64,000 bases of DNA. Origin: a virus. The stretch spans positions 96,001-160,000 of the IMG/VR virus record IMGVR_UViG_3300046744_000223. One strand, written 5' to 3'. The notes under the pieces were generated by a model. It had not been told where the DNA came from. It saw nothing but the letters and a program-made list of their open reading frames with translations, and did not search any database. A program made the position numbers and the translations under genes. Of the stretch, positions 17,196 to 26,399 are shown one piece after another. Every line of letters starts with the position of its first letter. The first letter of the stretch is position 1.

Positions 17196-18115
17196 AATTT
17201 ATCTATACTCCATTTATATGCTTTGGTCTGACCTTGTATGGTCATTCCTCCTGTATGTGGTGTAAATATACAATTTAATTTTGAATTTTCCAAATTAAAG
17301 AATGGTGATTTAGATGGGTCACCAAACTCATTTTCGATAACATCAGTACCATACCCCCACAACTTACACTCGTGTAGTGCCTTTATGATATCAGTTTCAT
17401 TTACAATCTCACCACGGGATGTATTTACCAAGAACTTAACACCACGTGAAAGTAAATCATAATCAATCATATGTCGTGTTTCGTTTGTGACGTGTACGTG
17501 AAGTGATACTGCGTCACATATGTCAAACAACTCTTCCAATGTGTCAATATTAGACTCATCTGAATATGGGTCGTGGATGTAAACCTCAGCATCAAACGCT
17601 CTACAAAACTTAGCCATCATCTTACCCAATCTACCATAACCAACGATGCCAACTTTGTAGTCTTTCATTTGCTGGCCTACAAATGGTAGGTAATCCCAAC
17701 TTTTATCTCGTTTGGTCACATTGTTTGACATTGTGATGTTTCTCATCAAGTCAAGGAGTATCCCAAACGCCAATTCTGAGGTAGATGGTAGTTGATTGAT
17801 TAGTTCGAAGTCGTTTTTATGACATTGGATTTCAATACCCACCGATTCACAATATTCTAAGTCAATGTGATTTAGTCCGGTAGATGCGGTATTGATAATA
17901 CGAACCATAGTATTCCGTAACAACCCCTCATCAATTTTGTAACTTTGTTGATTTGGATTGCAGAATATAGTATCAATTGGGTTGTTAAGTAATAATTCTC
18001 TAACTTGGTGCCGTGTCCCATATTCTAACATAAAAACATCACCTTTTGAATCTAACAACTCAACTACCCCATCCAAATGGGTTACGGGAGTAACAACTGC
18101 AATCTTATTTTTCAT
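17192..18115 (-). CDS. D-isomer-specific 2-hydroxyacid dehydrogenase
   Basis: GIVGYGRLG, SLHVH, VNTSRG, TDV..E, TPHTGG. Confidence 0.88.
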   Translation of the reverse strand: MKNKIAVVTPVTHLDGVVELLDSKGDVFMLEYGTRHQVRELLLNNPIDTIFCNPNQQSYKIDEGLLRNTMVRIINTASTGLNHIDLEYCESVGIEIQCHKNDFELINQLPSTSELAFGILLDLMRNITMSNNVTKRDKSWDYLPFVGQQMKDYKVGIVGYGRLGKMMAKFCRAFDAEVYIHDPYSDESNIDTLEELFDICDAVSLHVHVTNETRHMIDYDLLSRGVKFLVNTSRGEIVNETDIIKALHECKLWGYGTDVIENEFGDPSKSPFFNLENSKLNCIFTPHTGGMTIQGQTKAYKWSIDKL

Positions 18116-18768
18116 TACATTGATTGTAAATCTTTCTCAAATAACTCAATACCCGTTGTAGTCAATGCGTGTTCGAACATTTGTTCAAGTACTTTCAATG
18201 GTACTGTGATTACATCAGCTCCTGCTTTTGCTGCTTTGACAACGTGCATTGGATGTCTTACACTTGAAACCATAATGTTAGTGTCAAACGAATATCTCTC
18301 GTTAAAGGTTTTTACCAACTCACCAATAAACAACATAGCATCATGACCCGTGTCATCAAGTCTACCAACTAACGGACAAATGTAAGTGGAATTAACATTA
18401 GCACATAGTATAGCCTGATTATGTGAGAATATCAGATGCATATTTGTTTTATCACCATTACGTGTTGCAGAATTACAGGCGTCAATACCTGCAGGTGAGA
18501 ATGGAATTTTAAAAACCAAATCAATGTCATTTGATTTTGCTTTTAATCGTTCGATATTAGATAAGATTTCATCCTTAGTAGTACCCCATGCTTCAACGTG
18601 AATTTCACCAACTGGCATAACTCCTCTGATTTTTTTAATCATATCGATGTCGTCATCCATACCATGTCGTTTCGCCAAAGTAGGGTTCGTAGTAACTCCG
18701 GCTAATATACCCATATCTGAGTATTTTTGAATTGAACTTAATTCTAAAGTGTCTAAAAATACTTTCAT
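18115..18768 (-). CDS. tal: Transaldolase (TalC/FSA family)
   Basis: FLDT, GVTTNPTL, VFKIP Schiff-base Lys, PLVGRLDD, SVRHP. Confidence 0.88.
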   Translation of the reverse strand: MKVFLDTLELSSIQKYSDMGILAGVTTNPTLAKRHGMDDDIDMIKKIRGVMPVGEIHVEAWGTTKDEILSNIERLKAKSNDIDLVFKIPFSPAGIDACNSATRNGDKTNMHLIFSHNQAILCANVNSTYICPLVGRLDDTGHDAMLFIGELVKTFNERYSFDTNIMVSSVRHPMHVVKAAKAGADVITVPLKVLEQMFEHALTTTGIELFEKDLQSM

Positions 18769-18779
18769 AATTTTACGTT

Positions 18780-19250
18780 TTATTTAATTGATTTTAATGT
18801 TACTTTTAACTGACCTTTACGTCTATCCGTAGTAAACTTTTGAGATACCATCTCGTAGTTACAGGTTATGCCATACGTATGTGCTATTCTATAATGATTT
18901 GATTTACCATTGATTCCACCATGCCACTTTGAACAAAAGTAACCAAACGACTCCTCATTAAAAACTCGCTTGTGTGTTGGGTCTGCTAATGCCATTGCAG
19001 ATGCTTCATGAGGTACTACGATATCTATCGTACCACCTGGTTTTAGGATTCGCCACAACTCATTCATAACAAAAATAATATTATCAATGTGTTCTAATAT
19101 CATAATTGCTTTGATTTCACTAACCGTATTATCATCGAGTGGAATTCCCTTTTCGATATCACAACAAATATCTGGATTTACTGATGGGTCAATATCAACA
19201 TTTAAGAATCCTGGAAACTTTTCTTTGTATGAACCTAAGTTTAATTTCAT
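18780..19250 (-). CDS. SAM-dependent methyltransferase (type 11-like)
   Basis: KLNLGS, NVDI, ILEHI, RILKPGG, DPTH. Confidence 0.8.
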   Translation of the reverse strand: MKLNLGSYKEKFPGFLNVDIDPSVNPDICCDIEKGIPLDDNTVSEIKAIMILEHIDNIIFVMNELWRILKPGGTIDIVVPHEASAMALADPTHKRVFNEESFGYFCSKWHGGINGKSNHYRIAHTYGITCNYEMVSQKFTTDRRKGQLKVTLKSIK

Positions 19251-19846
19251 AATTTTATTTTTTTTAGTGATAACAAATGATATGGATTACTATGTGCTTT
19301 TCTACCTGGCTGATACCACTCATCTACAACGTCAAATCCATTCTCGATTAGTTGACTACTGAGTAACTCTCCATCAATTTCCCAATGTTTATGATGTTCA
19401 CCTTTTAGACTTTTTGGTGTTTTTTGCATATGTGGGTGTGAAACTATCAAATGACCACCTAACTCTAATAACTCATAAAACTTCATACAAGTTTCAATTA
19501 GAGGATTCTCTAAGTGTTCTAATGTTTCTAAACTAACGATGACATCAAACTTACCATTCACATTATTCTGAAAATCAGATTCTAAATCAATTACATCGTA
19601 TGTTATATTTTCAGCACCCCAATACGTTCTACAATATTCTAATGCTTCTTCTGAGTTATCCAATGATAATACTGACTTGGCACTTTGTGCTAAAATATTA
19701 GAACCATACCCAATCCCACAAGCTGCATCTAATACGACATCACCATCACTAACAAACTTATTAGCAAACCGATACCTTTCTACGTGTTTTGGTTCAATTT
19801 CTTGAATATTTTTACCTATTTGGCGTTCGCCATTGAATCCATCCAT
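19247..19846 (-). CDS. Class I SAM-dependent methyltransferase
   Basis: H..RY, VLDAACGIGYG, FDVIVSLETLEH. Confidence 0.88.
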   Translation of the reverse strand: MDGFNGERQIGKNIQEIEPKHVERYRFANKFVSDGDVVLDAACGIGYGSNILAQSAKSVLSLDNSEEALEYCRTYWGAENITYDVIDLESDFQNNVNGKFDVIVSLETLEHLENPLIETCMKFYELLELGGHLIVSHPHMQKTPKSLKGEHHKHWEIDGELLSSQLIENGFDVVDEWYQPGRKAHSNPYHLLSLKKIKL

Positions 19847-19855
19847 AATTTTATT

Positions 19856-20164
19856 TTATATTTCTTCTATTCTTTTTGTTTTGTCACAAATCAATAAGTC
19901 GTATGGTGGTTTCTCACCTACACTCAGGTGGTGATATTTACATCCCCAATCATCCAATTGCTTCTTAGTTACATCATACCAATCAATTCCCGTAGTACTT
20001 CCACGAGCGGTCCAATAGGTTATAGTATGACCTTCATCATACAATATACGAATTTTTTCTATATTTTCCAAATTTGGAATAGCTTCTGAGTAATCTGGAT
20101 TTATATAAGTTCTATTTTCATAAAAACATATGGTCTCATCTATATCAACGTATATATTCATCAT
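19856..20164 (-). CDS. Minimal HAD phosphatase (capsule-biosynthesis type; candidate ulosonate-phosphate phosphatase)
   Basis: VDIDETI, WTARG, KPPYDLLICDK. Confidence 0.8.
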   Translation of the reverse strand: MMNIYVDIDETICFYENRTYINPDYSEAIPNLENIEKIRILYDEGHTITYWTARGSTTGIDWYDVTKKQLDDWGCKYHHLSVGEKPPYDLLICDKTKRIEEI

Positions 20165-20973
20165 CTAATAACTTTACATATATTATTTAACATTGTTTCA
20201 AAATCACTTAATTTAATTGAGCTTGTTCCATCCGATAGTGCGTTATCTGGATCATCATGTACTTCTAAGAACATACCATCTACACCTACGGCTGCAGCAG
20301 CCTTTGCTAATGGTTCTATAAAATGTTTATTAGACCCACTGCTACCACCAGAACACCCTTTTTGAACTGCATGAGTTGCATCAAATATAACGGGAGCGTA
20401 TTCTCTCATAGTTACTAAGTTTCTCATGTCCACTACATAGTCACCATACCCAAAGGTATTTCCACGTTCGGTTAGAACAACTTTGTTATTATCAGATGAT
20501 ACTACTTTATCAACCACCCTCTCCATATCCAATCCATTTACAAATTGTGCTTTTTTAATATTTACTGGAAGGTTTGTTTTTGCAGAAGCCACCAATAAAT
20601 CAGTTTGTCTACATAAAAATGCTGGTATTTGTATTAGGTCAATTGAATCTTTTAATACATCAGCTTGCCATGGTTCGTGTATGTCAGTAGTTACTGGAAT
20701 ATCTAATTCAGTACGGATTTTATTAAATATACGAGATGCTTCTTCAATAGAAACTCCTCTGTAGTTTTGTAACCGAGTTCGATTTGCTTTATCAAAAGAT
20801 GCTTTAAAAATAAAAGGAATACCCAACTTAGAAGTAATACGTTTTAACTCACGTGCCATATGTAAGGTATGTTCTTCACTTTCTATGACACATGGGCCGG
20901 ATATCAATACAAATGGCAATGATTCGCCAAATGTTATACCATCTCTTATTGTAACTGATTTAATTTTTTTCAT
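20161..20973 (-). CDS. kdsA: 3-deoxy-D-manno-octulosonate 8-phosphate synthase
   Basis: GPCVIES, KASFDKANRT, QIPAFLCRQTDL, ERG, DATH, EVH..P..ALSDG. Confidence 0.9.
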   Translation of the reverse strand: MKKIKSVTIRDGITFGESLPFVLISGPCVIESEEHTLHMARELKRITSKLGIPFIFKASFDKANRTRLQNYRGVSIEEASRIFNKIRTELDIPVTTDIHEPWQADVLKDSIDLIQIPAFLCRQTDLLVASAKTNLPVNIKKAQFVNGLDMERVVDKVVSSDNNKVVLTERGNTFGYGDYVVDMRNLVTMREYAPVIFDATHAVQKGCSGGSSGSNKHFIEPLAKAAAAVGVDGMFLEVHDDPDNALSDGTSSIKLSDFETMLNNICKVIR

Positions 20974-21613
20974 TTGCTAAACATTCTGCTATTTTAAAAT
21001 CACTTGGTGTATCAATGTCCCATGCTTCCAACATATCAACTGTTTTAATATATGGGTTGAAGCCAATTCTTCTTTTGTGTTTCTTATACATATCCTTCGA
21101 GAATATATATAATCCGGAGTTTTCAACAATAATTGGCTTTAAGTCTTGAGTACGACTAATAGTTGAAGACATATTATAATTTAAGGGATTACCATCATAC
21201 CAACAAAAATTGTTTACTTCATATGCTAAAAATGCCGAATCGTATTCGTTTGACTTTATTTTGTCTATCATATCTACTATGGTAGATTGTTTTACGAATG
21301 GGGAAGTTACTGATAAAAATACAATATAGTCTGTATTTATATCATCTATAACCGAATCCAATATATCGTTAAATGTAACATAGTCCCCATCAAACTTGGT
21401 ATCTCTTTTTAAGAATGTATAGTCTAAACTTGGATTTATGTAATCCACAACAGTGTCATCACTACAATACAAAAGTGTATCACTAATATCAGAAATTCCT
21501 GCTGCCTTGTCCACGCATATATTAACTAACGGATTACTATTAAGTGTCTTTATACTTTTTTGTGGTAATCGCTTACTATTTAGTCTAACTGTTATGTATG
21601 CTGTAAACTTCAT
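20960..21613 (-). CDS. Second CMP-ulosonate synthetase (NeuA-like)
   Basis: VRLNSKRLPQK, TSPF, RTQDL..ENSGLYI, DIDTPSDF. Confidence 0.85.
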   Translation of the reverse strand: MKFTAYITVRLNSKRLPQKSIKTLNSNPLVNICVDKAAGISDISDTLLYCSDDTVVDYINPSLDYTFLKRDTKFDGDYVTFNDILDSVIDDINTDYIVFLSVTSPFVKQSTIVDMIDKIKSNEYDSAFLAYEVNNFCWYDGNPLNYNMSSTISRTQDLKPIIVENSGLYIFSKDMYKKHKRRIGFNPYIKTVDMLEAWDIDTPSDFKIAECLANEKN

Positions 21614-22326
21614 TTTTTTCTTGTTCTTAGGTTATCATATTCGAATGGATTTAGAAGCATTATTTTATTTTCAGAAATCCAGTTTTGTACAAAGTCCATT
21701 TGTCTAAATCTATGCTTATCACCTTTAAAGTAATCTTTTCGATTCTTTTTGTGTTCAGCATCTTCTTCTTTATTGTAAAAGTTTAAAGCCCTGTCATCCT
21801 CACCACCTTCTAGGTAAAAGGTATGTCCTATAATTGTTATTTTAGAAAAGTTAATAATTGCCCTATCTAATGTAATTAAACCAGTACCAACTCCTATGAA
21901 CTTTCCTAAAGCTTGATTTTTTTTATACTTATGTCTGAACTCCTTACCACCATAGTGTTTCGTTAAAAACCCCCAAGTATCACTATGTACATTTACATTA
22001 TCAAACTCATGGTATCTATGACTCATCTCGTGACCTACATCATCTTTTCTTGGCCAAATTGTAAGCGGTTCGGATTTGATTGGATGAAAATAATCCCATC
22101 TATAATTGCCAGTAGTAGACCAAATATCTATTTTCCTACCTGTGTGTTGATACATACCATCGAAAAAACATTTATTTACTCTAATTACAGTTTTAAACTT
22201 ATCAATATATTTACCAAAATTATAACAATTCAAAGATGGGCTTGTACCAACTACTATTACATCGGTTTGTGGTTCAAATGTCTCAAAGTAGTTGTCTAAC
22301 TTTTTAATATTGTCCAAAATCACCAC
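21610..22326 (-). CDS. GT29 (sialyltransferase)-like glycosyltransferase
   Basis: Sialylmotif-L-like VVGTSPSL..FG..ID.F..VIRVN....G...TGRK; motif-S-like GTGL. Confidence 0.65.
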   Translation of the reverse strand: MVILDNIKKLDNYFETFEPQTDVIVVGTSPSLNCYNFGKYIDKFKTVIRVNKCFFDGMYQHTGRKIDIWSTTGNYRWDYFHPIKSEPLTIWPRKDDVGHEMSHRYHEFDNVNVHSDTWGFLTKHYGGKEFRHKYKKNQALGKFIGVGTGLITLDRAIINFSKITIIGHTFYLEGGEDDRALNFYNKEEDAEHKKNRKDYFKGDKHRFRQMDFVQNWISENKIMLLNPFEYDNLRTRKK

Positions 22327-22862
22327 ACCATTACTTTGTTATTCTCAATAAGGGTATTTACATAATCTATTTCAAGATTCCAACTATGATTGCCAGGTAT
22401 ATCTGATGACCCCTCTACTCCCCAATAATGATTAGTCTTTCCAAAATCAAATCCAACCAAGTTTAACACCTCATATGTATCTAACAAATAGTTAATTGTT
22501 AGAATGCCAGTAGACATTTTTTTAGAACCTAATTTGAAATCGGATATGTGGTAATCAAATCCATCATAGTTACTCTTTATATCCTCCAATCTACCAACTC
22601 GCTTATCAGTATTAGTAATCGTGGTAGTTTTAATTAAGTTTGGGTGTTGGTTTTTTATACTCTCTATGTTATTTACATAGTAGTTTCTACTATCGGTAGT
22701 AAGTGCATTGTTAAGTATCCAATGAGTACATTTGTTACCTATATAATCTTCAAATCCACGTACTCTGAATCTATTGAATCTATAAACGTGGTCGTATGAA
22801 TCAATCAGACTACCATGCTTTTGGGTTGTGTCGGCATTACCTACTAAGATACATTTATTCAT
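22320..22862 (-). CDS. GT29 (sialyltransferase)-like glycosyltransferase
   Basis: CILVGN..G.LIDSYD.VYRFN....G...IG.K (motif L), STG...GFDF (motif S), HY, H....E (motif VS). Confidence 0.75.
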   Translation of the reverse strand: MNKCILVGNADTTQKHGSLIDSYDHVYRFNRFRVRGFEDYIGNKCTHWILNNALTTDSRNYYVNNIESIKNQHPNLIKTTTITNTDKRVGRLEDIKSNYDGFDYHISDFKLGSKKMSTGILTINYLLDTYEVLNLVGFDFGKTNHYWGVEGSSDIPGNHSWNLEIDYVNTLIENNKVMVW

Positions 22863-23539
22863 TTCTTACCTGTGTGCTTTCCGGTTTGTAAAAAATATTC
22901 ATTGTCTCTACTATCACCTTTCAAAAAGTGATACTCAAATCCAAGTTTCCACATAACATAGTCAAAACTTAATTGGTCTCTACGTGAGTTATACTTTATT
23001 TCATCCCACCATGCTTCCATAGATTCAATGACGTGTTCATCATTATGATTTCTTAATATAATTGGATTTGTAGCTAACCCATTATTTTGTGGATATCCCT
23101 CATCTAAGTATCTCTGAACTTGGGTATACATGGTTTGTGGATTGTCCTTGTAATTACCACCATTAGACTTACCCAAACTCATTATTGCCTCATACTCTTT
23201 GTAAATACAATCTCGTGGGTCCAGTCTTGTTTGATTATGGTCAAATACCTGATACGGGTGTTTGTTTACCAATGGTGTAAAATCTTTTCTAACCAATATA
23301 TTACCATCAATCCATAACGAACAATCGTATTCTGATAAATATCTATGTGGTAATATTTTGTATTTTTTAGCGTTACGATTTGGGTCTGAATATATTGGTG
23401 TAGATTTAATAATCTTCCAAGTATCCGATTTTATATCCATATCAGTAAAGCATATATAATCAACACCATCTATTATTTGTTGATTTTCATGTAGATTATC
23501 ATACCCACCAAAGATTGAAGTATAAACGGCTATTTTCAT
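22859..23539 (-). CDS. DUF616 (TOD1/MUCI70-like) glycosyltransferase
   Basis: VYTSIFGGYD, CFTD, KILPHRYL, WIDGN, RDQLSF. Confidence 0.8.
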   Translation of the reverse strand: MKIAVYTSIFGGYDNLHENQQIIDGVDYICFTDMDIKSDTWKIIKSTPIYSDPNRNAKKYKILPHRYLSEYDCSLWIDGNILVRKDFTPLVNKHPYQVFDHNQTRLDPRDCIYKEYEAIMSLGKSNGGNYKDNPQTMYTQVQRYLDEGYPQNNGLATNPIILRNHNDEHVIESMEAWWDEIKYNSRRDQLSFDYVMWKLGFEYHFLKGDSRDNEYFLQTGKHTGKK

Positions 23540-24384
23540 ATGTAATGCTCACTTCTTACTAAGTTAGAGCCAAGATTGGGTCTAGCTACTGTGTATGTTG
23601 GTGTATAATTTGCAATCGTATCATTAACACCGGTCTGATTACCAACGTTAAATTTAGCCTTGCTTTTGATATATAATTGAATACGTGTGTCAACGTGTCT
23701 GAGGTCTAAACACTTTTTATATTTCAATCCAAATTGATTTTTTGTAGTCCAATAAAACATTGGTAATTTATATTCATTGATTTTTGATTGGATTTTCTCA
23801 ACTCCAGTGCCATCAAATCTATTTGATATCAATAGAGTACCAAAATCACCATTAACGTGTTCTCTAATAATAGAATTACCCAACTCTCTTTCAGAATCAG
23901 ACCAATAAACTTCCGGCTCAATATCGTCAAAAGAATCAAATTGCCAAAACTTTAATATTTCTTCCATAAGTGGGATTTTATAAACACCTAAGTCATCATA
24001 TATTCTATAATGGTCATTGAATACCTCCCCTTCAAATGAATCTACAAATCCATCTATATATGGGTTGTTGTCAAAAATAGTATGAACCACTTGAAACGGG
24101 TCTGACCATGATGACCAATTTTGCTCTAAGTGACCAAATAACTCTCTTAACAATTTTGGTGATGGTATCCAAACCTTACAATCAGGATATTTTTCTTTTA
24201 ATTTACGTGGAAACGCAGAGATAATTCCCCAATCCCCAACACCAAAACAAGTTCTTAGGATTACAAAGTTTTTACCTTCCAAGTATTCATCAGGAATATA
24301 GGAAGGGTCACTTAAAGGAAACCCTAACTTATCAACCTCTTGTATAGGAAGTACTTTATTATCGAATGTTCTCCAAAATACCAT
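23536..24384 (-). CDS. Putative GT9-like glycosyltransferase
   Basis: GVGDW...PRKLKEKYPDCKV, NNPYID, VGNQTG; start MVFW coupled to upstream stop. Confidence 0.6.
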   Translation of the reverse strand: MVFWRTFDNKVLPIQEVDKLGFPLSDPSYIPDEYLEGKNFVILRTCFGVGDWGIISAFPRKLKEKYPDCKVWIPSPKLLRELFGHLEQNWSSWSDPFQVVHTIFDNNPYIDGFVDSFEGEVFNDHYRIYDDLGVYKIPLMEEILKFWQFDSFDDIEPEVYWSDSERELGNSIIREHVNGDFGTLLISNRFDGTGVEKIQSKINEYKLPMFYWTTKNQFGLKYKKCLDLRHVDTRIQLYIKSKAKFNVGNQTGVNDTIANYTPTYTVARPNLGSNLVRSEHYI

Positions 24385-25220
24385 TATGAAACTGCCCTTC
24401 CTTCCATACCTTCCCAATCCTTATCAGTTCTAACCTCTTGATTAGTTTTCTCAGTAGCCGATAGGACATTGTTTGTTGTGTTTAATAATTCCGTAAGTTT
24501 CAACATAGCTGATAAATCTTTAGGGAAACAATGTCCACCAAATCCTAAATCACCATCAGGACCAGGAACAGCCCAATGTGATTTACCTAACCTATCATCA
24601 TATGTCGCATATTCTACAACCTTATCATAGTCCAATGATAGTTTATCACATACTTGATAAATCTCATTTGCAAAAGAAACTTTTGTAGCTAAGAACGTAT
24701 TAGTTACATACTTTACCATTTCTGCGTGTGTAGAGCCAGTCTTTATGATTGGTGTGGTAGGAAAAACTAAACGATAGATTTGTTTAAGTGGAGTGGTTCC
24801 TTTACGTGGGCCCCCTAAGATAATCTTTGATTGGTTCTCAAAGTCTTGTACTGCGTTTGCTTCGGTTAAGAATTCCGGATTGAACACAATTGTGATACTC
24901 TTAAAGTTATTGTTAAACATCTCGGTTGTAGTTGGTGGAATTGTAGATTTGATAACCACAACAACATCCTTACCTACGTTATTGATTTGAGACAATACCG
25001 ATTCCACAATTGAAATGTCACACGACCCATCAACTCTCTTCATTGGAGTGGGTACACATACAAATACAACATCCGAAGCTTCGACTACCTCTTTTAGGGT
25101 ATCCGTAGTTCTTTTAGACCCATCAAGGTCATAGGTTAAAACGCTAAAATAGTTTTTAAACTTTTGGTAAATGGCATTTCCTACAAAGCCTTGACCCACT
25201 ATTCCAATATTATATTTCAT
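24384..25220 (-). CDS. ugd: UDP-glucose/GDP-mannose dehydrogenase family (no C-terminal domain)
   Basis: GQGFVG, VCVPTP, KSTIPP, NPEFL, AEMVKY..N, GFGGHCFPKD. Confidence 0.88.
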   Translation of the reverse strand: MKYNIGIVGQGFVGNAIYQKFKNYFSVLTYDLDGSKRTTDTLKEVVEASDVVFVCVPTPMKRVDGSCDISIVESVLSQINNVGKDVVVVIKSTIPPTTTEMFNNNFKSITIVFNPEFLTEANAVQDFENQSKIILGGPRKGTTPLKQIYRLVFPTTPIIKTGSTHAEMVKYVTNTFLATKVSFANEIYQVCDKLSLDYDKVVEYATYDDRLGKSHWAVPGPDGDLGFGGHCFPKDLSAMLKLTELLNTTNNVLSATEKTNQEVRTDKDWEGMEGRAVS

Positions 25221-25271
25221 AGATAAATTGTAAAATTTTCTTGTGACACACGATTCGTTTCCAAAATGGAA

Positions 25272-25898
25272 TTACACGAGGGTGTCGTAATATTCGTTTT
25301 GCTTTTCTTGTCGTTCGATTTGCTTTGGGTGATATAGGGAAAGTTCTTCCATCCAAGGTAAGTTTGATATAGTATCATACCCAACGAGTTTCTCGTGTAC
25401 CTTATTTTCCCAACGAATGTTATCTGAGTTTTTGTAGATTCTCCATTGAGGGTCTGGAAAGTTTACCCAACCCTTATCATCCACTCTCCAACCCCACTTC
25501 TGAATGTGTTCTGATGTAAGTCCTTCTACCGTGTTTACACGTGGTACGAGAATCACATCTACATCATTTGCTTCTAAGATTGCGTGGATATTGTCCATGA
25601 GGGTCTCATTAGGATACTCATCTGCGTCAATCTGAAAAATGTAATCACCATCACAATGTTTGGTAAGTTCATTCTTTAGATTTGCGAAGTGTCCATCGAA
25701 CTCATATGGATGCCATAGGAATAGAGTCTTCTCTGCATTCATCTTACGGAGATATGTTTCTACCATTGGGTCACCATTCTTAGAGTCCCATAGAACCACA
25801 ATCTCATCATGAGGTTGTTTTAGTGTGATTAACTTTTGTAGTAAGGTTTGAATCTCTAAGAACTCATTACATACTGTGACTGCGTAACTGATTTTCAT
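25272..25898 (-). CDS. Glycosyltransferase family 2
   Basis: SYAVTVCNE, FQIDADE, VHE motifs. Confidence 0.85.
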   Translation of the reverse strand: MKISYAVTVCNEFLEIQTLLQKLITLKQPHDEIVVLWDSKNGDPMVETYLRKMNAEKTLFLWHPYEFDGHFANLKNELTKHCDGDYIFQIDADEYPNETLMDNIHAILEANDVDVILVPRVNTVEGLTSEHIQKWGWRVDDKGWVNFPDPQWRIYKNSDNIRWENKVHEKLVGYDTISNLPWMEELSLYHPKQIERQEKQNEYYDTLV

Positions 25899-25901
25899 AT
25901 C

Positions 25902-26399
25902 TTATATTCCTTTTAAGAAGTCCGGAGTGTCATCCTTTTCAAGACTATCTTCTTGTCTACGTTTTGCTTTAGTATCTATCTTATCGAAGATACCATAATC
26001 ATAGTTATATACCATAACAGTTGATATATTCTTTTCAACTAATGTACGATAACCACCCTTTAACTTCTTATTTCTAATCTCATTAAGGTAAAATTGTTTA
26101 GAGTTTACATCAAGATTTAATTTAGTCAAATCCAACTTTTTTACTTTCGAGGTTGAACTGATTACTTCATTTAATGAAGATGCCATTTTTAGCATTTGTG
26201 GTGGTGCGATGTGTTTTAAGTCTAAACAATGAAAGTATGTTTTAAACTTTGGCTGTAACACGAATACATAATAATCTCGAGCCTCACCAGATACTTTCTT
26301 GTATCTGATTTTAGCTACCATACCTTTCTCTAATTTTGACTTAGGTATACGAGTAGCGTCAGCAATTCGATTTCTATGCATTGTCGTGTAATCAGGCAT
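25902..26399 (-). CDS. Hypothetical basic protein
   Basis: ORF track; coupled to upstream gene. Confidence 0.65.
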   Translation of the reverse strand: MPDYTTMHRNRIADATRIPKSKLEKGMVAKIRYKKVSGEARDYYVFVLQPKFKTYFHCLDLKHIAPPQMLKMASSLNEVISSTSKVKKLDLTKLNLDVNSKQFYLNEIRNKKLKGGYRTLVEKNISTVMVYNYDYGIFDKIDTKAKRRQEDSLEKDDTPDFLKGI

